In this document: positions 1 to 13,940 of the stretch, piece by piece | Position numbering within the stretch: the first letter of the stretch is position 1 | Layout: every line of letters begins with the position of its first letter | Origin: Paragordius varius | Taxonomy: Eukaryota > Animalia > Nematomorpha | Assembly: GCA_964247055.1 (NCBI GenBank) | Contig: OZ176051.1 | Location: forward strand, 6,324,001 to 6,388,000 | DNA: 64,000 nt | Direction of reading: 5' to 3' | Made by a program: the position numbers and the translations under genes | The notes under the pieces: generated by a model | What the model was told of the DNA's origin: nothing | What the model saw: only the letters and a program-made list of their open reading frames with translations | Database searches by the model: none

Positions 1-200
1 TATATCATATGATGTCGATTTAAAAATCGGTATCAACCTAAAAAACTATATTTTGTGGGTAATATTTGGTGTATAAAATATCAACCAAATATAATCATTA
101 AATTTATTCTTTTAAATTATTTTATTTTCCATTATTTTTGTTTCAAATGAAAGTTTTTACAAGATTTAAACTAATTTTGTACATGTTCGTAATTGCTTAA

Positions 201-749
201 CACTTCGATTCAAATTCTGGTATCTAAATACCCCAAACTAAATTTGAATTAGGGTTTTTAAAAAACTACTGAAGGAATTAGTCCTAATTTAAATTTTGCT
301 TCTATCCTAATTAAAATTATATATATATGATAAAATACCTAAATAAAATTTTTTTCAAAAAAAGTTCCTGGTCAAACTACTTCGACGCCATTTTTATTTT
401 ACATTTTTGCAAAATATCGTTTTCATTTTATTATAAGGATTAAATTATAGCTAATTTTTATTTAAATTACATATAACATAAGAAATAGAAAAAGCGGTTT
501 TTTTTGTATTATTTTTGAATTTTACCTTTGCAGACATGTCACGTTGACTAAATTTTTACCTTTTGCTTTTAGCTTAAATAAGTAATATCAAGTATTTTCG
601 AATAAAATCTTTTATATACTTTATTAATGTTATAAAAGTGCAAATTTACCATGATTTCGATTTCTTCCATAGAATTTAATTTTAAACAGGCCTGGGGTAT
701 CCAACTACCCCAATTTGAAGGACTGAAATGAATGTGTTGTATCCAAGTG
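201..749. mobile_element. Non-autonomous element with TTAA flanks (piggyBac-type MITE), copy 1
   Basis: TTAA-CACTTCGATTC ... AAGTG-TTAA. Internal blocks (ACATGTCA, AATAAGTAATATCAAGTA, GGACTGAAATGAAT) are shared colinearly with 6151-6623. Confidence 0.65.
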
Positions 750-875
750 TTAAAATAATGTTAAAATACCGGGATTGCGCCAAAAAACAAATATATGCTA
801 ATTGATATTAACTAAAATTTGTAAAAATATATAATTTTTTAAAAATTTTATTTTTTAACAAAATTTTGTTGAAGA

Positions 876-1152
876 GTACTTTATTATATATTGAGGCATG
901 GTGGAAACGAAAACGTTTTGAGATATTAAATATTAAAAAACACTTTATAAATCGATGATGGTGAACATTTCTATAACAATAGAATTTTGAAATTCGCCTT
1001 CGAATCTATGTAAAATTGTCTTTTTTTCGAAAATTACCAAATTTTAGAGTAAACGGACCATTTAAATTCTAAAGCGATAGAAATGAGCATCATCGTTTAT
1101 ATAAGAGAGTTTTTAAACCGATTACATCATGCCTTAAAATAGTATAAAGTAC
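876..1152. repeat. Imperfect foldback element
   Basis: Arms GTACTTTATTATATATTGAGGCATG / CATGCCTTAAAATAGTATAAAGTAC and GATGATGGTGAACATTTCTAT / ATAGAAATGAGCATCATC. The motif AGCGATAGAAATGAGCATCATC recurs inverted near 62900. Confidence 0.6.
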
Positions 1153-2684
1153 GCTTTTAAATTTTGCTAAAATTTTTAATTATGCATTTTAAATAATATT
1201 TTTCGTTGATAACAAAAATTAGATATATTTAAAAGTTTGCATTTATTTTAAGAGAACTATCCTATTTTAGTGGTGCTCAAAAATATACGACTTTCGGAGC
1301 CTACTTCAGTTTTAAATTTAATGTTTTGTTTTGCTTTTAAAATATAATTTATCAATATTTTAATGATATTTTTGGAATGAGGCCTCCTCCTTTTACCAAG
1401 ATTTTTCGATATGACGCAGTAGGCATAATAGTGTAAAAATATTTTCTGACATGACTCGTAGGTCCTGATTCATTTTTGCAGAATGAATACATCTCATCAG
1501 GTATTTTTTGTAAGCACTATATATAAAAGTATTTCATAATAACTTAAACTGTTTACCTTTCCACAATGTTCCAAAATACCATTGATCGAGATATTTCTCT
1601 AATTATATATTTGCGAAATCATTCCTTTTCTATTTTGTATCTTTATAAATACTTAATTATTTACCGTCTAAATTAAATATTTCATTTTTTCCTTCATTTC
1701 AAGATTTTTAATTTTTTACCACTATATAAAATATAATCGTATTTATTTATATTCTAAAATGACTACATTTAAGATTATATATAATATATTTAAAATCTAT
1801 TTGTTGTGTTGAATGAAGATATCTGATACCTGTAGGGGTTAGGCCCACAGTGTCTAGTAGCGAATTTTCATGGAAAAATCCCTGAGTTTAGTTAGTTAAA
1901 ATGTTGATTAACCTTAAACGATAATAATGAGAGAATTATAAAGTTAATAATATAAATTCTATGGCGTGGTAATAAACGCGTTTACGCGTGAGATAGGGAC
2001 TAAAAAAATTAGTGGCTATTGATCTAATAAACAGACATAATGGCGTGGGAATAATCATAAACCCCAAATTAACAATAAAGTGATTAGACGATATACCAAG
2101 TTAAGATATATTATTATGCAATAAGATCCTAACCGTATGTACTATTACTCCACAAATGGTCTATCAGAACAGGAAAGAGATATCATAAGAAACCTAAAAG
2201 AACAAAAGCCCTTCTGAGCAAAAATGGTCCATATATTTTCTCCAATTTAAGTAATTATCAAAATTAAAAATGATTTTTCAGTAAAGATTGAGCATTTATA
2301 ATTCTAAAAAAGTATCCTACGCAGTACAAACGCAGCGCTTCCCCATAATCAAGTCCTGAATTGCGGAGTATAGTTTATCTTGTACCAGATTATATAGAGA
2401 TTACAAATAGCCTCTAAAAGATAAGACTTTAAAAAACAACATAAATAGATTTATCCGAATATGTATATTTATTGAAAAGATGATATAAAATAAAACTAAT
2501 TGCATTAATTTTGTAAAATAGATATATATATCCATAATAATACAACGTATATAAAATGAGATTTAGGGTATAATAATGTTCAATGGGATGACTGTAAATG
2601 CAACAATTCATTTTGATTTATTGGTTGTTATTTAACTTGGATACGAGACTGCCCATTTACCTTTTTAGTTTGTAATTTGGGTTT

Positions 2685-5600
2685 TTATCGACAAGTGTAT
2701 GTATGTGTTATATTTTGACACGTTTCACACTTGACATAGCAACACCATACGAATTGACAATTGCAGGATTCGTTTGTAGTAACATTTTCCGTTACATAAC
2801 CGCGGCCACAACAAAGTTTATCACAACTATCATTTTGGTTGGAGTCTATACTGCATTTTCGCCCTGTGGTTCCAAGGATACCTGACTCCGGATCGGGATC
2901 ACAATAGTTTGGAGATTTATCCAGGTGTATCAAATCGGATTGCATAATTTGTTGTTGAACATTTGAATAATTATTTTTATTATTAGGTAAAGGGAATTTA
3001 TGATGTTGCACATTGGAATCGATGATAGAGGAACCACCAACCTTGTCAAATAAAACACGGTATCGTCGTTTGTTGTTACCACCTTTTTTACCTTTACGCT
3101 TGAAGCTTAGTATGTTTAAGGGGTTATCATCATCATGACTTATGAAATTTTGGTTTATATCATTACGGTTTGCGTAACCATCCGAACCATGAGATTGTTG
3201 TCGGGAATCATCAACCGATAATATTGCGTTTAAAAGTTTATTACTTTTACCATCAATACTATTGATAGTTGGGATAGATTGATCATTTTTTAGCGCTATT
3301 TGTGGTGCCACGCGAATCGATTTTCGATACAAATTTTTGATTTCCTCGCCAATGACAGAAAAGGATGGGACAGTTTTCCAACATGTTTTTAGTTCACAAG
3401 ATCCGGAAACACCATGACATCGGCATTGTTTTCGGGTCGAATTTTCAACAACCTACCAATGTATTCATAAATAAATATATAAAAATTTATGGATTTAAAC
3501 TCACACATATTATAACATAAAATAAATTTGAGATGTACCAATCTTCCTAATCTATTATTATGCATGTTTATAGCGTGCCTAACTATTTGTTTTGTTGGTC
3601 GTTTGTATGGGTATTCGAATGGCGGTGGCTTGATTATACTATCATTGTTTTGGGGATTTTTATAAAGTTTTTCAATGTTTGTTAGGTTGAAGCGGGTTAA
3701 ATGCTTAGCAAAAAGTAATGTCCCATAATATTGCAAAAGGGCTTTGAGTCTGTCTCTATCTGGGGCATCTACAAATTTTTCTGAAAATTTAATGCCGTAA
3801 TTGACATTGTCACTGCATCCACCCCATTTCCACACCGACTTTGATGTTGTATGGTCTTGATCTATGATTTTTATTAAATTTGAGTATTAAACAAACAATA
3901 AATAAAATAAAACATTCGCTTTAAATGATATCTTTTAATTTAGAATTCCATTATATAGTCATGGGTAGGATTGAGTTCAACCGTTGGTGCACTCATTACA
4001 GCGAATTTAATTTAAAAATATTTACGAGTAAATAAATGTTTAGCATTACGATTATCGTATACCAAATAGTTTTATAATAATATCTTTTAATTAAATAATT
4101 TTGTATAAAATTATTCAATACATAAATTTTATTAACACTTTTTGATGCTCTTTAATTTCATACTATCTTTTATTCAGTTTAATATGTTATTTTTTAATTT
4201 GTGCAAAAATACATAAAAGAGCGGTTAAACTGGTTGTTCAAATTAACCTCGGTCAAAAGTCCAAACCCTAATCAATTTGTGTAAATATTTTTAGTCGCTA
4301 AAAATGTTTTTTTCAAAATACAATTCATTTTTCAATTAACATACAACACATAATATTTACTTAAATGATTTTCCTCAAATTCGCCTTCCTGACCAATGAT
4401 GGAATCACAAGTGCAATCAGTTAAGAGACCTGCCGAACATGATTTAGTCACTGCGTGAACAACAGCTGCAGATGCCGTCGCGTAAATAAACGAAACCTCC
4501 TTGGTTCCTGGATTATATAAATTTAGAAAAAACTGATTTATGGACTAAGCCAACGGGTATGTTATAGAAAAATTTTCATTAACCAAATATTCTAAATGCA
4601 TCATAAGCTTTTTATTAAAGTACACATTCAAAATTGGTAACTTTTTTCGCAAAGCTAAAACCTAAAATTATTATTTTAAGTTTAGGGTTAAAAATTTATT
4701 TTATACATATCAGGTGTCGTGTTATAAAATTAGGTTGTTTTTTAAATTGGCAATAATACAATTAATATAAAGTCAAAATGGTACCCTTTTCTAAGGTTTT
4801 GCTGAGTACATTAATAACTTTTACATTGGATGCGTTGTTGTTATGTTCTTTATCGTCTAAACTTTGACTTTGATATGGATAATGTTGATTTTCAGAAGGA
4901 TTATACAAATTATTATTATAGTTTATGTTATTATGAGCGGCAAATTTTGTCTGTAAACTCGTTTCATAAATGTATTTGGATTTAGCATCATCATCTTTTT
5001 CGGTACCACCATTAAAATAATGGCTGTTGTAATTATTGTTTAACCCTAATTTACCGTCAGCCTGTTCCATTGAGGCTTGTGATCCAAACAGATTATTGAG
5101 TCGTCTTATTCTATTACTTCTACTGTTTCGTTTAGCATGCCAATTTAAGTTAGCGGATGTCGGCTCAGGTTGTTTAATTTCAGCCGAGGAACAATTCCAA
5201 CGTTCATTCGCAAACTGTTTTTGGCATTCTTGGAGGGCCATACGGGCGCCCTCTTTTACGCTAATCAAGCTTTCGGGTTGTTTTTTACACAACTCAATTT
5301 GACTGGTCACCAGTTGAAAGGTTTGCAAACATGTGTTTTCATCCAATACAATTATTTTGTTTTTGTTAGGATGTTTCTCATCAATGGATTGGGACAATCG
5401 ACTTTTTACTTCGGGGGCGGCGTTGGCATCCATAAAGGAAGAATCTTGTCTATTTAGACCATATTCATGCCTTTTATCAATGTTGTTATCGGGGTTGTAA
5501 TGAAAATATGGATTATCGTACGGTTTTAAAACGGGTTCATAATAATTTGTTTCTTGGCCAGAATCAGAGGTATAATCTTTCTTATTAGACATTGAGCCTA

Positions 5601-8600
5601 CAACGGGTTGGGTTTGTGGTAACTAAAAAAATGAATAAAATTTGAATGGGTGGACCTATTGAACACTAAAGAATATTTTATCTTAAAGTAATTCAAAAAC
5701 TTATTACTGTTATATTTAAAAGATCTTATGGTGGTATAAAAAAGATTATAAAAATTAAACATAAAAAGTTAAGGATATATATATATATATATATATAAAT
5801 ATGTATTTGGAGAAAACCATTAACCTTGTTTTTCTACAAACCTATCGTCTGAAGAAAATAAGGAAAAAAAAATGGTAACCATACTCAATTTTATATTTTA
5901 AAATCGGAATCAAATAGTCATAAAAAAATCAATCACAAATTATGGTTCACCTTGAAAAATCATTTTATGTTTTGTCTTTAAATATATTATTACTGTAGAA
6001 AAAAACAAAATTTCATGGTATTATTTACTTGATTGTTAGCTGAATGTGAATACGAATCTAAATATTGGCTAAATTGATCATTCATAGGGTTATTGATGGA
6101 TGGGTTATTTGGTAAAACTAAAAATATTTTAAATTTAATATTTGAATAAACACTTCGATTCAGAGTTAATATCTTTAAACAACTATAGAAAGAAAAGGTT
6201 CGTTAAACTGTCCTAAAAAAATTATACAAATAAGCCAAAACATTAAACTTTAGTTTAAAAAAAGTTCCATATCAAACTAAATATCGTATTTATTTGATTA
6301 TAATGCTAAAGTTAAAATTAATTTATTAAAATCACATCTAACATTGATATAAACAAAAAAGTGGTTTTTTGCATTATTTTTATCTTCAGCTAATGCACAC
6401 ATGTCATGTTGATTGAGTTTTAACCATGAGGTTTATCCATAAAATAAGTAATATCAAGTATCTTTAATAAATCTTTTTATTTCGGTGCTTCAATGTTATA
6501 TAGGTGCAAACTTTTGCAATAGTTACAATTCGTTCTATATTTTTAAAAATATTAGATTTTGAAATGGCCTATGGCCTCCAAAGACCCGAATTTAAATCGG
6601 AGGACTGAAATGAATTTCAAGTGTTAATTTAATATATATATAATATATTTAAATAGAAAGAGTTCTCCAAATAAAATCCCGATAATCGGGGAAAATTTTA
6701 ATTAAAATTTCGTAAAAAAATATACACAGGAATTTATATTTGATTATACCTATATTATCGTCATTATGAGTTTGTGGTAACTTTTTGGGTAGAACTGGTT
6801 TGTATATTAAACTGGATGATAGCCGCCTAAATAAAGTATAAAAATATAGATGTAACGAAACTGAAAATTCAAGTATAATAGGAAAATGTTATTAAAAATT
6901 TACACTTTAAAGCATATATGATAAAGGACTATTTTAACCTCATATGAAATAACATCAATGGAAAATTGCAAATTTTAACTAAATTAAATAGAAATTATAA
7001 GTATCAGTACAAGTTTGTTAATTTACACAATTTTTCGTACCACCCTAAAACACCGTTTTAGTTAACCTTTATTAAAAACAAAAATCAATAATACAAAATT
7101 TTTGTTTGATTCTCCAGAATGCATATAGGAATAATGATAATCATCAATTTTTTTAAAGCTAGCAGAACATTATAGCAAGTAGTATGCGATTTGAACTGTT
7201 GTTAGGAACTGACAATTATTCCTTAATTAAATATTTTGTTTATTATCCTGTTTATGTTTAAATTTTTACTCTAAACACGGTCGTAAAAATTGTCAATGTT
7301 ATAAACTGACACTAGCCCTAAAGTTAAAATCAAATAGATAATATACTATTAAGAGGCGTTTAAATAAGAACATAAATCATAATAACGATACCTAAAAAGG
7401 CTTCATTAAAACCACAATTAGCTAAAAAATAAACATATACAAATTTATAGAATAGACCTAATAGAGTAAGGAGGGTTAATAGATCATTTTAATCTTTTTT
7501 AAATGGTAAAAGGGGTTATTATTTATATGTCTGTTGCCAAGTATTGGGTTTTTCGTTTTCATAAGTTGGAATTTTTGAAAATTTTGGAGAAAACATACAA
7601 TGTTTAATTATTTTAACTAATAATATGAGAAATCTAACACATAGTAACACACATTTAAAAGTTAAAATACTTAGTTGGCCAATAATAGTACGCGTTACTG
7701 CTTATATATATACGCATTGTAAATTACCTAACTATTATTAATGATGTTAGGAATGGTGGCGTCTCCCATTATCTTTTTAACAAATATCATATGTTATAAA
7801 ATAAAGTGTATATTATTGGTTCCAAAGATACTTTATTTGGTGTATAGATAAAAATATAAATGTTGTAAGCAAATCAAATTTGGAAATTAAATTGTTGACA
7901 AAAGTGCCGTCAAATTAAGCAAGAACTTACTGTAGGGCGCCGGACTCTTACACTGCGTGCCAGAGTTCGAACCTCGAAACTACGCATTTTTTTCATCATA
8001 ATTGTCAGCCCTGGGCAGGCTAATGTTAAAACCTTGACAAGTCCGGATACAATTTAAGCCCTTATACCCTTTAATAAAAAAGGAAAAAAGAGATTCTAAA
8101 CTATATATTTTTTACTTTGGTATCTATTAACCAAGTAAAGTACGATATAACCAATAATAAGTGTCTTTGTTATATAGTTTAAAACATTCTGTCAGATTTT
8201 ATGTTACATAGGAATGAAAGCTCATACATCATTTATAAGAACATTGTACGCAGGCGTGTGGTAAAAACAAATGGTACAAATTAAACATTTTTTGTCTATA
8301 CTTTCATAAATTTGGCTTATTTAATTTTGGACTAACTCTTATTTATAACATACGCTACTGTATACATATAATATTGTGTGTAATTATTATCTATAAAGTA
8401 CATCAATTACATGTTGTATAATTCGAAAAATAAAACTAAATAAATTTTTTGTAAAAATATAATTACAAGCAATTACTCATTTTTAACCATGCATGCTCGT
8501 AACCTTATATGTAACATTTTGCCTCAAATGGTATGTATAGATAGATAGTTTTAATTACACACTTAAACCACATAATTGCTCTGTGGAATATATTTGACAG

Positions 8601-11600
8601 ACATGTAATCCCACTACTAAAATGCCAAAATCCAACATGATTCTACATTATTTTTTTGGTAAAAGGCATCATATAAATTATTTATAAATAGTACTTATGA
8701 CTAAATCGTAAAAAATTTGACGTAAAATACAATATTTTTTGTCCATTTTATAAAAATTTTAGACAAATTTCAGTATTTTAAGCAAAAAAAATATTTTTCA
8801 AAAAAGAATCGATAAAATCAATCAATCCTTTGCCAAATGAGTCAGTTGTTTAAAATAGATAGACTATTGGCTTTAACGGAGATATTTTAAAATTCAATTT
8901 TTTGGTATTTTGGGCTAACTTAATTATTTTTAATACATAACTTTGAAAGATTTGAAAAAACCGTCATATTTAGTTGTCACAATTTAAAACAAATACTAAA
9001 GATACAATATAAATAAATTATCTATAGGCCATTGGCTTTATCATATAATATAATATGTGTATGAATATTCGTTTAATGTGACAATTAGGTGTCAACACCT
9101 ATATACATTATTTAAACAAAGCGAAAAGCAACTTAGTTGCGCAAATAGAATTTTAAATATTTCAAACCTTGAGGCAAGAACTAAGGATGGCTTAAAATAT
9201 ATATATATATAAATATAATGGCTTTTCGAATTTATACTAATATTTATGAACTTCATCAAGTATAAAACGACCGTTTGTCTGTTTTATAATAGAAAAAATT
9301 TGATGAAAAAAAAAAGAATTTTTATGGTATAAAATATTTTGATGCTACAGGACGACATAAAAGTCTTTTGAAATTTACTATGTTTGTTTTCAAAATAATT
9401 TTTAAAAAAATTAAAATTAATTACCCGCCCGTACCTGATGACGTAAATTAAAATTTTAGCACGAAATTTTCACACAATTATTGTTGATAAATTATGTTTT
9501 TATTTTAAGGAAAAAATATTTTTCTAAAATGATAAACGAGTGTGTGTGGGTTTGTCGCCACTTATCTTTTCTCGAAAAATTTGTTAAAAATGTGTTGTGG
9601 GGGGAAATCTTTTTGAAAAATATGCAAATATTTTTATCATATTTTCTTTTCAAAACCTTTCATGTACCCCCCACATTTACTAAATATCAGAGTTTAATTA
9701 GCACCTAATGTGTTGTTGTAAAATTACGAAATTCAATCATATTTTTGATGATGTTTGAGTGAATGGAATCAAAAATTTGGTTAATATTTATAATAAAATT
9801 TGGTATTTTTTGTAGAAATTTAAGGGCATATTTGTAAAATTAAAGATATTATTACACTTTAAAGAGTCATATTATTAGTGAAAGGTAGAAATTTTTGTTT
9901 AAAAGACGGACGCTTTTAATAGTTATTTTAATTTTTACATTTTCACATTTCTCCATTCACAATTATAACGGATTTTTAGCAAGAACCATTCTATTAATTG
10001 TACTGTTCTAATTGATACTTTAATAGTTTAGAAATAAAATTTAATAAATAGTTTAAAAAATATTGTAGTATATATTTTATTAAAGGGTGCCAAAATGTAA
10101 TGAATGGAATCATTATTAAAAATTAATCAATATACATATTTTAAAGAGAGCTCAAATTAAATCAAACCACACAATAAAACACGTAAAATGGGTTAATGAA
10201 TTTGATTCAAGTGTTTCCAATTTACATTTTTATAACATCTACTAGTTGATTCTAATAAAAAACGTGGTGTATTTGAAGTTTTTTTTTGAAAATTATAAAA
10301 GAAAAATTCTTTCCGTTCATTAACATAAAGGTTAAATGATGATTTATTCTTTACAGTGTATGTGATATTCAGAACATTGCATCAAAATTTAAAAAGGTAG
10401 ATTTTTTGTTGGAGGAATAATGTGCGTAGCAGATATCTATCATCTAGTTTGGCACCAGTTTGAACTAATTTAATTTTAGTTTTTTTGCAAAAAAAAGTCA
10501 ATCGATAGCGGAAACTAAGGATATATTAAATAAACTCATCTCTAAAAATAAAATGTATGATTTCTTTGTATTTTCATGTAAGTATTTCAAAAATACCTAA
10601 ATATAAATCACCAATATAATATATTTTATCAGAACATAACTAATGTATTAGCATTAGAATCTAAAATTGTAAGATTGATAATATACATTTTAATGGATGA
10701 TTTATGGCATAACCTTGTTAAATAAATTTTGAAATTGTAATAGAAAAATATACTTAAATGATTAATTATATTCTTCCATAAATGGTTATTATTAATAAAA
10801 CCAGCACATGCGTGCGGTAAATCACAGAGAATCGTCAAATAGAGACTTTTATGTGTCTACATATATTTACAGTGGCGTATGCAGTAAAAGATTGTTAGTG
10901 CAAAATAATCTTAATGAACACAAAACAGGGGGACATTTTTCATATATTAAAGTCCTATTTATAAACATATCCATAATATCCCCCTTTTAAGATTATTTTG
11001 CACTAACAATCTTTTACTGCATACGCTACTGTATGTAGATGTTCAAAGATCAAATACTTCTGTATGCAATAGAGTATGGTATAAAACAAACTTTGTCCAT
11101 AAACAATAAACAAAATTAATGTTTAAAAATGAGAAAAAAGTTGTTTAAATTAAGCATTTGTTGATTTTTAACAAAGAAATTTCCGATTTCCAAGATATCA
11201 ATCATATATTTATATAGTCGAAATAGCAAAGGGTCCTAAAATTTAGAAATTTTTCCACAAAGTGTAAATATATTTATAATAGTTTGGCAACTGTTAACAC
11301 ATAAATATATATATATAGTGGTAAATCTACTATCTGGATTCTGCTTAAAATACAAATTATCTGCTGAATATTTATCAAAGGGTAAACTAAGGACCTGCCC
11401 ATAAAAAACTATTTTGATTTTTAAAAAAAGAGGGGGGGGGTGTGCAATGCACACTGAGTTTATGCCACTGTTTTGATAGTCATCTCCATTCAAAATTTAA
11501 ATCGATATTTTAACAATGGTAATTATATAATTAATAGGTTTTTAATGAAATTTAGATTTTAAACTAAAAATTACTCTTTTTGCACAAATTATTAATATTT

Positions 11601-11743
11601 TAGCCCATATTTTATATATATTGCTTAAAATTATATGTAATAATAGATAAAATATCTTACATCATCCAATTTCCCGTTACGAATTGAATGGAATTGGTTA
11701 GGATTAAAAAGATGATCACAAAATTAATTTTCAGAATATCCAT
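2685..11743 (-). CDS. Wnt16: Wnt ligand, Wnt16/EGL-20-like, 6 exons, about 736 aa with large low-complexity insertions
   Basis: Phase-consistent GT-AG exon chain: 11743-11661 (signal peptide MDILKINFVIIFLILTNSIQFVTG-NWM), 6826-6750, 5597-4785, 4507-4361, 3861-3539, 3452-2685. Wnt motifs: ECQKQFANERWNC, GTKEVSFIYA..VTKSCSAG..CTCD, WKWGGCSDN, NMHNNRLGR, CRCHGVSGSCELKTCW (lipidated Ser retained), SPNYC, CCGRGY, CNCQFVWCCYVKC. The Wnt16 call rests on recalled similarity (GNWM N-terminus, GTKE, SCSAG, WCCYV), not on a phylogeny. Exons 1-2 are less certain than the Wnt domain. Confidence 0.9.
6151..6623. mobile_element. TTAA-flanked element, copy 2, in Wnt intron 2
   Basis: TAAA-CACTTCGATTC ... 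CAAGTG-TTAA; diverged but colinear with 201-749. Confidence 0.65.
8247..8360. mobile_element. Degenerate MITE of the same family
   Basis: Right end CATACGCTACTG-TA at 8349-8362, internal GGACTAAC, eroded left end near 8247. Confidence 0.5.
10870..11031. mobile_element. 162-bp MITE with TA target site (Tc1/mariner-type), in Wnt intron 1
   Basis: 45-bp TIR CAGT(G/A)GCGTATGCAGTAAAAGATTGTTAGTGCAAAATAATCTTAA with one mismatch, flanked by TA on both sides. About 3 substitutions from the copy at 14925. Confidence 0.92.
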
Positions 11744-13804
11744 GGTGTAGTATGTATTGAATTTTCCAATTTTTTGGAACAAATATGTGATATTTTTGAG
11801 ATTATAGAAATTACATTAAGGGCGTTTTACAATAATAGAGCTCAATTATCGCATATCGCTAAAATTGCATATTTACACAACATTTTAAAAAAAAGATATT
11901 TCAAATTTGTGTAGACGAGTAAATTTTAATATTCAATACAAATCATTTTACCGACCATATAAATACAATAAAATTGTGAATGCCGTATAGATATACACAT
12001 AAATGAATAAGGGTAGTGACGCTAATAAATCACGAGATTAATTAGGATACGAATGTTTAATATGTTGGATCTGCCACAAAATATAGGATCTGATTTTATG
12101 ATTCTTTTATAATGCCGCGATGGAAATCATATTTTCATCTTTTGATGGATAAAAATATTTTTTTGGAAAAATTATGAATCTTTCAAAACGATTTGGTACA
12201 AAAAATATTATTCAAACAAATTTGCAAATTAATTTTTTATGATTGAAGAATTTATTCAATCAATGATATGATTGATAATTTGGCGGATAATAAAAAAATA
12301 ATTAGGCATTTTGTTTTGAAATATGCAATAAAGGTTCAATTTGTTCAAATTTTAATCTCTGTATACATATAAAAAACGCAAAAAAATGTTTTATGAATGA
12401 TGAATGAATTTAATCGAATTGCAAAAAAATTTGTTTTTTATTATTTAAATATTATATTTTAACAAATTAACACAACGAATACACAGCATCAGCTCAGTAG
12501 ATTTTCGCGTCATAAAAATTGTAGTTATACAATACAATGATAATTTTTTGTTTCTCCTTTCAATAAAAAATCAAAATGATATGATGTGGTTTTTTGAGGA
12601 ATCAATCGCAGATCTAAAATGTTCCAAATTACGAATAGGTGAGAATAGATATTTCAAAAATCATAAAATGTTGGTTTTAGGTGTGTAAACAACCGTTATA
12701 ACTATAACTAAATTAATTTAACGGATATTGAGTTGAAGATGCGTTTTATAGAGCGTTTTTGTTCAAGGAATTTTGAAAACTAATGTTATGAAAATAAAAC
12801 ATGTAAAAGCAGGCAGCTAGCACATTTAAAATTTGTGTTTGTTAAGTGCAAGAAAGAAAAAAATATAAAAATTAAGTTAATTAATTGCAGAGAACTGTGA
12901 GAAACCAATTTGTTTTGTTTTTTTGCTAGATTATGCGCCGAAAACACTTTAACAAATAAATATATAAGATAAAATTCATTTTCGGTAATATTTAAATAAC
13001 GAAAGTAATATTTTTTTATATTTAACAGAGATAACGGTTTAGCCCTTTATAAATATTATGCACAAAAGAATATGGAAAAAAATTATTTTTATTTATGTTT
13101 TTGCAAAGGTATGAAAAGCAAAAATAGAAAAAACCACAACTCTGTTTTCTTTCCCTCAATAATAATAATAATAATATTTTTTAAGGCAAAACAAAAAATG
13201 TTTAAAACTATCAATTTATTCGTATATATTTATGTATGAAAAAAAGTTTTTTTTGCATTTTATATTTATTATCTATTTATCTACCTACCTACCTATATAT
13301 AGTTAAATATTTTACGCTAATATTGCTGTCACAATGTCATAATATTTCTATAATAAATATTTGTTTAAACGATTAAAAACTCAAATAAAAATTGTGAGAT
13401 ATTTCAAGAGAATTGTAGTAATATTCAAGAAGGTAGGTATGTAAATATTGTAATAAATTTTTCAAACCATATTTTAAAATGTAGAACCTATTTATTTATA
13501 AAAAAAAAATTTGAGTTAATTTGCATCTTAGGTTATAATTTCCCTTTAAAAGTGAATTAAACCCAAAATAGCTTTACTATATATAATTTTTCCAATGTAT
13601 GTACAATTACCGTAAATTAAAATAATAGCTGGAAAGTGTTATCTTGATAAGTAGTTAATTTTACATTAGACATACATATCTTTGTGTATAAATAAAAAAA
13701 CTTGTCAATCTCAAAGAATTTGCTGCAAGTTTTTTTCCAAAAAAAATTTCCAAACAAAATTACTTTTTTATCGGAGGGAGGATGTTTTTACCATATCATA
13801 ATTA

Positions 13805-13940
13805 CAGTAACGTATGGCATAAAACAATGTTAGTCCACAAAAGAATAAAAATGTTTTTTTATATACAACTAGGGTTATTTTTTTTAAAAAAAATAATTTT
13901 TTATACTTTTATGGACTAACATTTTTTTTACCATATTATA
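13805..13940. mobile_element. Degenerate MITE of the CAGTAGCGTATG family
   Basis: Left end TA-CAGTAACGTATGGCATAAAACAATGTTAGTCC; inverted GGACTAACA..CCATA near 13915-13935; right end eroded. Confidence 0.65.

Noticed and set aside
2703-5457. Plus-strand ORFs 2703-2885, 5036-5302 and 5170-5457
   Set aside because: They are antisense shadows of Wnt coding exons with no motifs of their own.
7935-7995. tRNA gene suggested by GTTCGAACC
   Set aside because: I could not build a cloverleaf with acceptor, D and anticodon arms on either strand. Kept only as an unexplained island.
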